Assembly: GCA_002633005.1 (NCBI GenBank)
Contig: NMRA01000259.1
Coordinates: forward strand, 419,840-483,839
Direction of reading: 5' to 3'
DNA: 64,000 bases
Source: Phoronis australis
Lineage: Eukaryota > Animalia > Phoronida
A model generated the notes under the pieces. That model was not told where the DNA came from, ran no database searches, and saw only the letters and a program-made list of their open reading frames with translations. Made by a program: the position numbers and the translations under genes. Below, piece by piece: positions 25,004 through 37,810 of this stretch. Within the stretch, counting starts at the first letter, position 1; each line of letters opens with the position of its first letter.

Positions 25004-28000
25004 AACACTGGTGTAGTTTGCGGAGCTTCCTTAAATGCCAGTGTTGTATGGACATGGCTGCGTGAACGTGCTACTGAAAGCCGATACTATCCACTCATCA
25101 GGTTCTCCCCAGTCGCCAGGGTAACCAGTTTTCTCACCTGACAAACCAGTCAGGTGTTATTATTTATGGTGTTCTCATGACACGTGATTCCCATCTGTCA
25201 TGCGGTAATTCTTTTTCTACGAGCATGTTTCTTTGCTTATGACTCAGTTGTACCCTGATACATTACACCAGACAGATGCTTCCTTACACACACCCCCTGT
25301 CTGAGAGTGGAAGAACTGTTGTTTGTATGAAAAGAAAAGTGTTGGTGAGGAGGCCTGTGTGGCTGGGGGGAGGAAGACTGGCCGAGTTTGAAAGAGGTAA
25401 AAGTGCATTTCTGTGTTCAGACACTTGTTTTCTGTGACACAACTTCTGCCCAGTGTTCTTTGTTGAAAATTCAGGCATTGTAGGTTTCTCTGATTCTGGC
25501 TCTGCAAATGCGTAAGCAAACTGATTGTTTTTATTTTCTATTTCATGGATTTTAAGAAACTTAAGCTTTATGTATGTGTGGAGATATGTGTATCAAGATC
25601 TTCGTGTTGTGAGAAGTTTGTTGACAATCTGTTAAATATATAGGATTGAAAGATTTCCTTCCGCTTCCTACAAATGACTGATGACTAATTCTAAAAAAAC
25701 TGGTTTCAAAACGATTGGTTTTTGTCAAAAGAAATCAAGAGATTACCTGCAGTGATTATTGAAACAAAGCAGCCCACTTTTGGAGACTGGCTTACCCTAT
25801 CAAAACTGATGGGTTTCAAAGACCTTTTTACTCTCCAAGTCATTGAGTGAACTTCTTTGGGGATGATTTGAGCAATTTTGGAGTGTCTCTTTTATAAAAA
25901 TAGCTCACTGTCGACATCTCCATGAGGATATTACAGAGAGGGTTGCCAAGTCTGTGGTGTATGCTTTCTTTTTCACTTAATCCAGTAATTGGTTTTAGTA
26001 GAGGCTTCGCCACATTTTTAATTGATTTTTAATCGTGTTAAGAGAAAAAATGCCTTGGTGTAATTTATTTGTGTTTACGGTGTATAGCATGTTTAAGCAA
26101 TATCAACGGTTTTGCAGCACGTGGGTTAGTTTTGTTCAGAAGTCATGTTGCGTAATTTCATGAAGTGCATTGTGCAGGGATTGTATAGTCCATGAAGTGT
26201 GGAGATTTGTTTTGCATCTCCTTATCAGAAAATCTATCACTTTGTATTAACATAATTCATACTTGCTTTTTGTTGGTACATTTGGTTTATGATATGTACT
26301 ATAAAACATTTCTATGAAATTTTGTTGTTATTCTTTGTTTTAACCTACAGTGAAAATCACAGAAGTTGGACATGCAAGTTGGATCTATAATTAACATAGC
26401 CGTGGTTTGACGGTAGTTGTTAAAAGGTTACTATGGAAATAAATTGCTGTTCCTGTTGCCAGTACTCAAACGTTTGGATCAAGTTTGAAAATAAAATTCC
26501 TCGGAAAGTCTGCTAAATTGATCAGCGTGACTAACGCGTTAAGTCAATTACAAGGTGACAGCGGGTACAGACCTTCCACCTCAAAATGGTCTATGCTAAA
26601 ATATCACCAATTTAGGACACAATATCACAGAGGGATGAAATTTTTTTTCATTTTTCACAAATGATACATGGTACCAAAATGACGTTTTGCTATATTCAAA
26701 TTCTGTACAATAGCTACAAAAAGGCAGTATTATGAAACGTTGCGGCCAGTTACAGTGTTAGAAGCCCCTGAAAAATGCACTCTTTTGGCAATTATTTGTG
26801 TCCGAAATTGGAGCCGTATCCGCTTAACAGCACGGAGTAGAAATGTCTTAATAATGCTTCTATCGCCCAGGGAAGGCATCAGTAGTGGGTCAGATGGTGA
26901 AAGGATCACCTTTTGGTGGAATCACCAAAATAGTTTAGTATCCTGATAAAGTAATGCCTTCAGTCCTTCAGAAAAGTCTGTTTTCGTGTCGGACAAAATC
27001 TCTTGATCCATTTGGATACAGTATCCATTTTTATGCATCCTCGTATATGTGGGTGCATATTGGTGTGGCCCCATCTTCCAAACCTTTGATGGATCTTTGC
27101 AAAAGTTTGCAGACATGGAGACAATGGCATACAGCAATTTTTCATTACTCTACTACTGTGCCCCCTAGAGGCATTTTTTTACCCTTCTATACTTTTCAAT
27201 TTTCTATATGGTATGTGTGTGGCAAGGGGCATATGGCTCCTACCCATTTTCAATGGAATTATCTATTGTGGATTGCTCAACTAATGTTGACTTTTGAATT
27301 GACTTGGCTGTTGCTGTGCTCCTTAGTGGGAATGTTTAGTTTTTTGCCTCTGCCTCATAATCAGCTTGTTACTTGAGGAATCTTCGTAAGTGTGGAAGAT
27401 GGGTGTTTCTATCACATTGAGGACTGCACTTAACCCCTTTTGAGCAGTTTCAAGCTGTGCTGGGCCCCCTTGTTACAATTATGCGACGTCTATATGTCTA
27501 TTCCCTGAACTGAAGGATTGCCATCCGAGATCTGTTGGTTTTGAGGATTGCATGGCAAAGGTCATTTTAGGATGTTTTTGACTGCTGTTGTGCCCTCTGG
27601 TGTCTGTTTTTAAAAGTAATGAATATCCCTAGTATCTGCCGTTGGCAATGCACAGTCACCTCATGTCAATGCACCACAGCGACCTTGAAATAATTTTTGA
27701 CACCTGTTGATAATTATTTCAACAGGAATTCAAAGAATGTAGGCACTAATTTAGGTGTATTCACATTGAAATCAACATGCACTTTAACTACAATTCAGCA
27801 GTTGTATTAATGTGTACCTCACAGGTAGAACACCCTTTCAAAGTAATCCATCCATCATTTGATGACATCGCAATCATATCAACATTATACGCACATTTTT
27901 CTCAAAAAACACCACATTAGACAATTTAAACATTTTAGGTCTGTTAAAATGAGTATCACTACAAACAAATACACTTATTTTCTAGTATTTAGCAAACCAC

Positions 28001-29017
28001 AATAGGCAACCAAATCCAACAATGCAGAACTTAATCTCTGCTAAAAAATCTGAAAATGACAATGATAAATTTGCGCTACTTCAACTTTTTGATTTGTACC
28101 AAAAAGGTATCAATTATATAATTAATTTTAAACATATTGATAGAACAATTGTGAGCTGTCCAGAAATCATCGGGACAATTGTCATAATAATCATACTACA
28201 AAATGAATTGACTGACAAAATTTGGAGCGATAATCCATTTTCATCATTTCAAGTTCATGTCCGCAGACACCAAACGTCGTCAATTCTAAATTTATCACAA
28301 ATTCACTGTTCTAGCCTAATCTTTTTACATAATCTCAAGAAGCCATACACACACAGTATACTGTTACATAATTCACGTTATATGTGATGTATTAAAGCCT
28401 GAAGCAGCGCCACCTTTGGAACCCATAGCAAACGTTTTGGTTCAGGGTTTATGAGAAACCCTTTGTTCTTTAAAACCAAAAGTTACACCTGACAACACCA
28501 TCTTGCACATGGAGTACAGTGACACCTTCAGTGAGAATATGCCCCCAACAACTAGTCACTATGGTTGGATAAAACGTAATTAAAGGTAAAACTTGTCAAT
28601 TGCCTAAAATAGCATCATTTCCAAGCCAAGTAGCATCATAATAAAAATTCCAACTTTTACCATGTTGCTTTTCTGCCAAACTGACTCCAACTTTTGAGAC
28701 GCAATACTGACAATACTGAACTTGTTGTAGATTTCTGATAAAGTAGAGAGCTCAGGCTGAGAAACGTATTGAAAAAACACATGGCAAGGAAAAATATGGA
28801 CAAGACAAGAACAACAAACGCATCTTTTATATTAACCAATAGCGTGTGCAGTGAGTTCTCTGTTTTCTTACCTCACAGCTCAGAAGAGATTGTTTCAGGA
28901 TGATGTTTTTGCATTGACATTTGCAAAAGTTGGACACAATTTTACAGGAATTTCTATCATTCACATTCCCAACTTTTTGAGAAGATATATTAAATAAATC
29001 CGCTTTCACCCAATCCT

Positions 29018-29186
29018 CTAATCATCGCTCATGGTGAGTAGACCACTGTCTGGTGCTGGGTCCCAAATCAGCTTCTGGAGCACCTTAAAGTTGGGGTGTT
29101 TGGCGTCCCTTGCCAACTCCAAGACCATACTCTCGCTGGTGGTCAGGTAAGCACCAGCCTCACGAATACGCTCAAAAGCATACATC
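29018..29186 (-). CDS. ISOC2: ISOC2 exon 4 (terminal coding)
   Basis: [24 protein letters not shown]...[13 protein letters not shown]. Confidence 0.92.
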
Positions 29187-32100
29187 CTGAAAATAGGCAG
29201 TATTGAATGATGTAACAAATGGGCATCAGACAGTTTGGTGGGAAGTCATACAACAGGTAAATACAGATTCTCATCGCAAACAAATGGACACAATGACAGA
29301 GTTTCTGGTACCATTCAGGAGGCCACCGTTTTAACTACCACTTCAGGTAAATACACAAACAGTGATCCTGCCATAAAATATTGTAATGTGCAATTCTGGT
29401 TAGAATAACAACAATTTAATATTGAGGTGACCTTACAACTCGTCACTTTGTGCATGTCACTCCATCCTCCCTGAAGGTGATGAGATAGTGTGTACTACAG
29501 TCGAACCTCCTTACAACATATCCTGTTTAAAATGTTCACATACGTGATATGACACACAAATCCAATTTTACCTCACGCATTTTGGTACTATACCTAATCA
29601 ACACCTTTATTTACGATTACATGCAGATAGTTCCCTTTCCTAGTGACCGTCAGCTCTTTACTATGAACAGCGTACGACTATGCGACCCAGTCTGCAGAAT
29701 GTACATGTGCACATACGCCACTGTATCCTAATTTGAGATGTGAATAAAGTTAAAAGCCAGACCATTGTATTACTTGATGTCTCAAGATGCCTCGGTGGAT
29801 CCGAATGTCAAGAAAACGTAAAAATAAAATGTAAAAAAATAGTCTGAATCAAAAAGCAGAAATAGTACCAAGAGGCGTGCCATCAACAAAAACTAATCAA
29901 AAAGCCTTTTGTGCAATTCCGCTAATTTTGCGTCAGCACCAACAGCATCCAAAGAATGTCTGTAGTCACTTATTTACTCAGACAATTTTCAGAACTTAAC
30001 TACAATACTGATTCAGGGCTCGGACTTTGATGCAGAATTTTGCTATCATGATTTTTAGCATTCGTCTAGTTTCGCCGAAAATATTTTTTAAGTGCCCAAA
30101 TGCATCCATGTGAATATAAAGCAGACTGAGCTTGCAAAAGACTTCTGCTGGTAACGCGTTGAATCCAAAACTGCAAGCTAATAGAAGCTTCAAAAACAGT
30201 GTCACAGTCAATGTAAGGATACGAAACGTAGCAGAATGCAAAAATGAGCATTTGCGAAGGCCTATGGCAGGGATATTCCTGACCAATTTTGAACCAGCGA
30301 CCTTCGGGCGCACCTGACGATAAAAGGTATGCCTGTTTCAAAAAGTTGTTCCCAGCAGACTCAGTGTAATTAAGGTGGTAGCATATGAAACAGAAACCCC
30401 AGGGGCAATCGAAATAAGAACAGTCGTATCCACGTAAAAGTTGTATTTTTATTTAAAAAAGGGAATCTGACAAACACTGTGGCGGAATAAGAACACACTG
30501 GCTGTAAGTAGACTAGAATCTTGAATTTGTGGAAGAGGCTGTTGCCTTTAAAAAGATGCACCAGGGGGAGCCACTGCCATACTGGTGCCTTTTAATTTTT
30601 ATGCGCTAATGGCGCAAAGGCGCGGTCCAGGAATATCCCTGCTATGGCAAAAGATTACAATCGAAGACATTCGAGACCCAAATCAACTAAAAATGTCTAC
30701 CCTAGTTACGTTGAACGATCCCTATAACGAACGAAGGAACATTTGTAACGCAGCATGACTGTACATCGAATCAACATAACTAAGCAACTGAGAGCAGTAC
30801 TACTAATTTACGGGCTGTATAACAACAATCGCACCACAGTGTTAGTCATGTGTCATTCTATCATTATTGAGACATTACAATGAAATCACCTAACAGTAGA
30901 ACTGGTCCTACCAACCCAGTGCACCGCACAACATGCCAAGTTGGCTTACGTCGAGAAAAACGTATTCACGGTAACTTGAACAATAGGATCACCAACAACT
31001 GGCCTTGTCTAGGGCTGCACAATGTTCTGGTCACAGGAGTACCGGTACATATTAATAGCAACTGAAAAATACCTATCGGGCAAGAAAAGTACCTAAGAAA
31101 CTTGGCTACATCAGGTATATATCATGGTATATACTGTTAAAAGTTAGTTGGTAACTAATATTCGGCGCCTTTGATAACATTGCAGGCTTGTACCAGCATT
31201 ACATCAGCAAAGGCAGCTTGTAAGTCTTACACTATTTGTTTACCCAGTTAAGCGATCAAATGCACCATGCAGATAGGCAAATAAATCAATTATGCGGCTA
31301 ACCATTAAAAGTATTTTATGTCATTCCCAACTTTTAGCGAAGTATTGATAAAAATAACTGTATACCGTAACAATAAGAAAATATTAATACCTGAACACAC
31401 TGATAATTACTACTGTAACAGTAAATACGCATTTGGGCCCACATGGCTATATCTGAAACAAGCACACATACAGGAGCAGTTGGCTATCCCTTACATTTGT
31501 GCATGCCTTAAACTGTCTGTACATCTCCACATATAGGTATATCCACCCACATGCATATGACAGTGCGCAGTGGCCCTAGACTCACCTGTCTACCATGGAC
31601 CTCGATGAGCACCCATCCACAATAACGTGCACATCATAGCCCCTATCAACAGCATCAAACACAGTCTGTTGTATGCATGCCTGGGTCTCAATGCCACATA
31701 GGATGATAGACTTCAAATCTGAAACAGCATTCAAATAAACGGAAATTCTCAGAATATATCACTGTGAGAGCATCACAATCTTTTCTATCTTAAAGTTCCG
31801 TATTTTATATATTTTCAAAGCCTTCAATTTACTTTCAAGTGTTTTTGGATTACAATGGTTGAAGCTATTCAATTGGTATAAAAAAGTTCACAGAATCTGA
31901 GCTCCTCTTTTACTTATGGCATTTTCTAATTATAAATTTCAATGAAACCAATGAAGGCAAATGTGACCTAAATCGCCATCTTACTAAATAAGGTCATTTA
32001 CCCTACACGAGGTCATACAAATCACAGGCAAACTCCCAGTGTGCAACAGGTTAGCATCATGACGCCAAGGGAAGTGGGGCAAAAAATTCACCTTACTTAT

Positions 32101-35100
32101 CTATTCCTGGAATCTCGTGAAACTTGAAAATGCTACTTGACAATCCGACAACTGGTTCGTGCTTGTTTTCATGTTGCAGACATTTTATGAGCACGCACCA
32201 GTTCACTGGCACACAATGTGACTATTTAGCACATTGAAACTTAGTCATCAATCAACCAGATTTTGTCTTGACATGCATTGCATTCAGTTTCTAACACACA
32301 GTCAAGACAGAACAGTTGATTACAACCAATCACTATGATCTAAATAATAAAGCTCAGTCTTAACGGTAGGAAATAAATAAATACTTTGCTTAATATTGTG
32401 AAAACAATAGCGCCAACAGTGTATATGAAATGCGGTCAGTGTTTTGACCTATCATAAGTCACTTCAAGGGACACTATCGGTTTTATGACAAAAAGAGCAC
32501 ACTTTTAGGTTACAGTTGGATGGGATAAAATTCTCGTATTAGCTAAAAAATAACAAAATCCATTGCATTTCTAAGATTTTATAACAAAACAATTCTCACT
32601 GAAATCAAGGCTGGTAACTACACCACTTTAAAAATGCTTAAAATACTCTCGATGTTTATCACAGGGAATTAGCTTTACCAGCAGAGATTTAGACTGCGAT
32701 TCCGCAATGAGGCTGACCTCAGATTACTTTTCTGGCCAATTATGTCCCCTTTAAATGAAATATACTTCCCCAAAAATCAAATTGACAAGGACAGAAAAAC
32801 TACCCAAATGTCATCTAACTTGACCCATAGTTTCGAGGCCATTTGGGAAAGGCACGTTTTTGAAAAATGACCCTGCCTAGTCCTTGTGACATCATATCAC
32901 CAGTGGTAGCAGCAAGGGATTTTCAAATTCAATTTCAATTCAAAGGTCAAGCTGTTATAAGCCATGTTCTGTTTTAAACAATTTTAAAACATTTAATTTT
33001 ATCTTTTACGGTATTTTTCTTCCAAAGCGATATCACAGCGTTGCTATTCTGGGTTTGGATTGAAATTAATTACAATAATTTACCTGGCATTCCCTTGTCA
33101 GCTATACTGCATTGGTAACTGAAACTAACCCGTCACGACAAACAATGTAATGGGCGTGGTCTGAAGCAAAATCGATCTGACTGTTCTTCTCAAGTCATGT
33201 ATTTGTTTCTAATGTGAGTAAGGAACAAAATGAATGGAATTCTATTGCAGTAAAAAGCCTAAATCAAATGCTATTTTTGACACAAGGACCCTTAAAATGC
33301 ATAATGTTAATCCCTATGATATGGTCTGAAACAACAACACACCAGGAATGTTATTTTTGATGTGGTCCTCTATTTCAGGAACAAACATTGAAAACTTGGT
33401 CTTTGCAAATCTCTGGCGCTCGCCAATCTCCAGTTCTGGCACCGTGGGTCCCAAACCTGAAAAAGATCATAAGCATTGTACCCCTGTAGTTCAGAAAGTG
33501 AAACATTAAACACAGGGCTTGGAATGACCCACGATAAAAAACAAGACAATTATCGATGGGATTTAGCGTTACTAATAGAGTATTAGTCTGCGATTCCACA
33601 ATGAGGCTGACCTCAGAAGAGTACCCCTCTCGCAAATAATGTCTCTTTAAATGAAGTGTGCTATCCCAAAAATTAAAATGGACAGAAAAACTAAAGTCAC
33701 ACAAATATCATATAACTTGGCCCTTAGTTTTGAGGCCATACGGAAAATTTGATCCATAGACAAGTTTTTGTAAAATGGCCTCTGCATAATTCAGCGGCTG
33801 GAATGACCAATGACAAAAAAGAAAAGAAATTCCAGGGAATGTATCATTCTACAAATAAATAGGGTTATGCGATAGAAATATTTTTGTGTTGAAAAATTTA
33901 ACGGCAAGAAATGTTTTATTGCATAAATACAGTAAAAATGAAGATAAAATGATAAGAGAAAGAGGAAACTGGAAATCAAATAAGAGGACCGACTGAAACC
34001 AAAAACGAAGAAATCCTCTTAAACAAGGAAAATTGTAACCCCTGCAAAAATTTTGTTGTAGCTCATCCTCTCTTGACTAAACATGACATGAAAATTGCGT
34101 TTTCAGATTTTAACCCCATTGTTTCATAAAACTAGCCATTACTAGTACCCTTTTTACACTGAAGCTTCATAAATATAGTGGAAAATTTCAATCGGTCCAT
34201 TTTCCTTATCTATACGTGTCCAGTAGCAAAACCACTTGCCAAGTTAACTGATAATGACTAGCAAGATGCAAATTGAAAAGCAACAAACGTTTGGTGAAAA
34301 ATTTCTGTGAATCAAACACTGACTTTATTGACTTTCAAGCTCAAAATAGACTTAGAATCACTTATTCTTGAAAACTTGTTGTTCCTTAAGCAGTTGACAA
34401 AAATGTGCTACAGTTTATAAACAAGTTAGTAATGGTTAATTCAGTGCCTGCCTGTCTCCTGTCTGCGGTGCCACCCCTCAGCATGGTTGGCATGCAGATG
34501 GGTGATTTCCCAACAACCATCTGTATATTCCTGTTTGACCTTGAGCATACTGAAATTTATGGAGGCAAATCCTCTATTTCATTGGTAAATGAAGGAACAT
34601 ATTGATTTCCAGAGAATTTGCCTCTATGCTCGAAAGGTATTCATAGCCTTATGACTTTGGTGATTTAGCCATTAAGAAAATCTCTTCATGGATATATGTA
34701 GAATGTACTATCACCGCTTATGAAAAAATTGGCATCAGGAATTTGGAGTCAAGAGCTATCTAGCTTTTCCAAATCAGCTAAAATTAACAGAAATAAACTA
34801 CATTATCTGATGAGCCAACTCTCCATGCACAGTGATTTAGTAACCAAAGAATGTTGGTCACTGAACTTTTTCAGTCCTCAAATATTCCATGAAGGACCTG
34901 TAGCCCAAATCTGCAAATGTTAGATCTAGGAACAAAAGCAGCCTCCTACATAAAAAAGAATCTTAAAGCAACATATGTCTTTTGATTATTTGCCCAAATG
35001 ACAAAATGGTTATCCTGTTTATACCTCATAAATTCTGATATCAAGACTTGTTTCAGGATGTAAAATCTGAAAGTAAATCAGTATGCAGGTTTCAGATTGG

Positions 35101-35718
35101 AGCCATCTTTAGCCTCTAATTGCCTGATGCGACTGGAAGGTGTATAATTAATATAATTATAAAATTTTGACCAAGGCCAAGTTCTGTAGATGCAAGAAAC
35201 TCATGAAAAAGTAAGATAACATAAGTCTTCATGAGATATGGCCATGCATAACTTGTGTCTAGGGAGCACAGCCATGGTTGGCTGTGATGGCCACTGCTAC
35301 TGCCACTGGTCGGATATAGCGCCTTACCCTTAGCGGTCCCTGATTTTGAGAAATAGGCAATCACAGAGGTAACGGTCCCGTTACTGGTTCTCAAAATCAG
35401 AAATCCCTATATCTGACCAGTGCTGCTGTGATGTTGCATCTGGACGGAGTGAAGGTAAAATCAAGTTCGAAGCCCAAGGACAAGCCAAGCAAGGGCAAGA
35501 AAGCAAAGGCTGGGGCAAAGTACACACGCACCTTTTGGGTACTGTTCACTGACAATAACTGGGACGTCAAGCGCTTCGGCGGCTTTTAACAAGCGGTTTG
35601 ATACATTAAGTATCGCAGGATAATGTTTTATTGTTTTTCGGAACATTTCTTGCATGTCACACAAGAAAAGTGCCGAATTCTTCGCAGCAACTCGGCCGAT
35701 ACTGCTGGCGGCGGCCAT
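29018..35718 (-). CDS. ISOC2: Isochorismatase domain-containing protein 2. Exons 35718-35532, 33456-33343, 31718-31586, 29186-29018; 200 aa
   Basis: In-frame GT-AG join (603 nt); motifs [50 protein letters not shown]-terminal PAPDSGLL typical of ISOC2. Confidence 0.93.
30268..30641. mobile_element. hAT-like MITE with 6-bp TSD in ISOC2 intron 3
   Basis: TIR CAGGGATATTCCTG(G)ACC; TSD CTATGG at 30262-30267 and 30642-30647. Confidence 0.8.
31586..31718 (-). CDS. ISOC2: ISOC2 exon 3
   Basis: [44 protein letters not shown]; donor GTGAGT. Confidence 0.92.
32466..32880. repeat. Dispersed repeat mosaic: 5' part matches about 5436-5670, 3' part matches about 33588-33785
   Basis: ACACTATCGGTTTTA..TTGGATGGG..GAAATCAAGGCTGG and TGCGATTCC.CAATGAGGCTGACCTCAGA shared. 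Confidence 0.55.
33343..33456 (-). CDS. ISOC2: ISOC2 exon 2
   Basis: [38 protein letters not shown]; ttttcag acceptor, GTGTGT donor. Confidence 0.9.
33792..34044. repeat. Dispersed MITE-like repeat, second copy at about 47114-47331
   Basis: CAGGGCTTGGAATGA..AAGAGGAAA..AATAAGAGG..TCCTCTTAAA shared by ISOC2 and PAXIP1 introns. Confidence 0.6.
35304..35422. mobile_element. Tiny palindromic MITE, same family as 18979-19072
   Basis: CACTGGTCGGATATAG..CTGATTTTGAGAA / TTCTCAAAATCAG..CTATATCTGACCAGTG. Confidence 0.6.
35532..35718 (-). CDS. ISOC2: ISOC2 exon 1
   Basis: [10 protein letters not shown]...SEQYPK; donor G|GTGCGT. Confidence 0.92.
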
Positions 35719-36012
35719 CTTGAATGCGAAAGTAACTTAAATTCAATCGAAACTACAAAAATCATTAATATTTTGACCAAAAAGTTATATGTATGCAGTG
35801 AGCAATAATAACAATGAAACTATTTTCATTCATCTAAAATATGACAATTTACTGGTAATTGCACAGAATAAACAACGGTTTTGTTAAGGTAACTCTCTAC
35901 TACAAAAAGACGTGTGTATCTATGCTGACTTCCTGTAGCAGACGAGGATTGCTGACCTGTTGGGTTGTGTTGAACGCATAGTACTTCAGTGAACCAGATC
36001 AGACAGTGCCAG
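35711..36012. promoter_or_regulatory. Putative bidirectional promoter ISOC2/H6PD with a non-coding H6PD first exon ending at about 36012
   Basis: YY1-type AAGATGGCCGC over the ISOC2 ATG (35711-35721), ETS-type ACAGGAAGT (35928-35936, -), candidate donor CAG|GTATTT at 36012; the H6PD ATG lies 2 nt after an acceptor, so an upstream exon is needed. Confidence 0.5.
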
Positions 36013-37160
36013 GTATTTTCTAAAGCAGAACTGGTAAAGGTCGGACCTTAGGTTTCCAGATTCTGACGTTTTTTCTCAAGGATGAAATGTGTCTGTGCGA
36101 ACACGCTTGTAATCTGTGATAGCCCAAAGAAATCAGTTGTGTGAGAGAATTGCCCTACCGCTACAGAACATGCAGGAGGCAAGAACATCTGTTTATGTTC
36201 GAATTATGTCCCGAAAATGATAGGTGTGTCGCAAACTCCGTTTCCAGAAATAAAAAGGAGACCGTTTATAGGCAAAATAAAGGTCATTTATTCTGACTGA
36301 TTTGGTACAGAAATATTAGTGTAAAATTAAATAACAATCTCTGGAAAGATGGGCAATAAAAAGCACCACAAGAGGTGTAGAAGACAGCTCTGCCATCGGC
36401 AGGGACGCACAGAAATAAAAATAAGGGAGTAAATAGAAGTATTGCGGTAAGATTCACATAAAAATGAAGAGACATTAAACTCAAACGTAAGCGCTGCTGT
36501 AACAGGAAACATATGGTTACTGAGATCGAAGGTTAACCATAAGACACATGATAATCATCAGCCTATGGTAGCCAGGAGATGACCAAACTCGAGGCACATG
36601 ACAGAAACGAACCAATAGTGAGGCTGAGAAAGAAATGTCTAAGCGCGTCATGTGCAAAAGGACCGCATGAGAATACACAAAGGATTAGTGGATCACTGTG
36701 AGAATGAAGGAAAAAGGGGGGTATAAGTGAGACGAGTCATATATGCTCACATAAATATATTGAACAAGTGAAATAACATTTTTTGAACACCAAGAATGTC
36801 TCTGAGTATGTGCAACAAGGGGCAAACATAATCGATGACATTATACGAATATTGCCAATTTGAAAACGGACCCAGTGGACGTAGCTACCCTTTCTTTTTT
36901 GATCTTGATCACTTTTCAACTTGACCCAGTTTTCTGTTGTCAAACTTAAGATAGCATCATGCTCAGCGGGGACTAACTCTGGGTTTGGTTAATTGGCTTA
37001 TGTTACAAATCAACTCTGCCGAGCTTCACTGAAACAATATTTCTACTTAGTTTTTGTGTTACCGTTGGGTGAATTTGTCTTTATTGTTAATATTCACCTA
37101 TCAACATTTTGGTATGGCAGAATAACATTGACAATTGGCATGTCTTTATTTTTTGCAGTT

Positions 37161-37810
37161 ATGCATTTCACGTGGTTGCAGACGAATTTTGTTTTCATCA
37201 TAGCTGTCATACCAATTGCACAGATTAAGGCTGATCACACAGATGTCATTCTATTGGGCGCAACTGGAGATTTAGCCAAGAAATACCTATGGCAGGGACT
37301 TTTTAATTTATTTCAACAAGAATTAAAAATTGGTAACACCTTTTCGTTTTATGGATGTGCTCGACGATTGAGCAACGACGAGGGTCAGGTCAAACTGAAT
37401 GACATCTTGAAGTCATCAATCAAGTGCAGTGACGACAGTTGCCAATCATCAAAGACATTGTTCCTATCAAGGAGCAAGTACAGGCAGTTGAAGCACGAGT
37501 CGGATTTCCGTGAGTTAGGTGTACACTTGAATAACTCGGAGCCCAAAGCTGGACATCCGTATTTAAGGATCTTCTATATGTCCATACCGCCGTTCTCCTA
37601 TGCTGAGATTGCAGGGATCATCAGCACCTATTGTCGACCAGTGTCGGATAGTGCCAAAGTGAGAGTTGTGTTTGAAAAGCCATTTGGTCATGACCTGTAC
37701 AGCGCACAACAATTAGCTGGCGAGATTTCTCAATACTTCTCCGACGAGGAGGTTTATCGCATAGACCATTACATTGGAAAGTCTGTGGTCCAACAGATTT
37801 TGCCCTTCAG
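37161..37810 (+). CDS. H6PD: H6PD first coding exon
   Basis: Acceptor ttttttgcag at 37158, ATG at 37161, donor CAG|GTAAAG. Confidence 0.9.

Noticed and set aside
36993-37160. Extended hydrophobic N-terminus of H6PD in the ORF track
   Set aside because: Starts at TTG and lies upstream of a strong acceptor at 37158; better read as intron.
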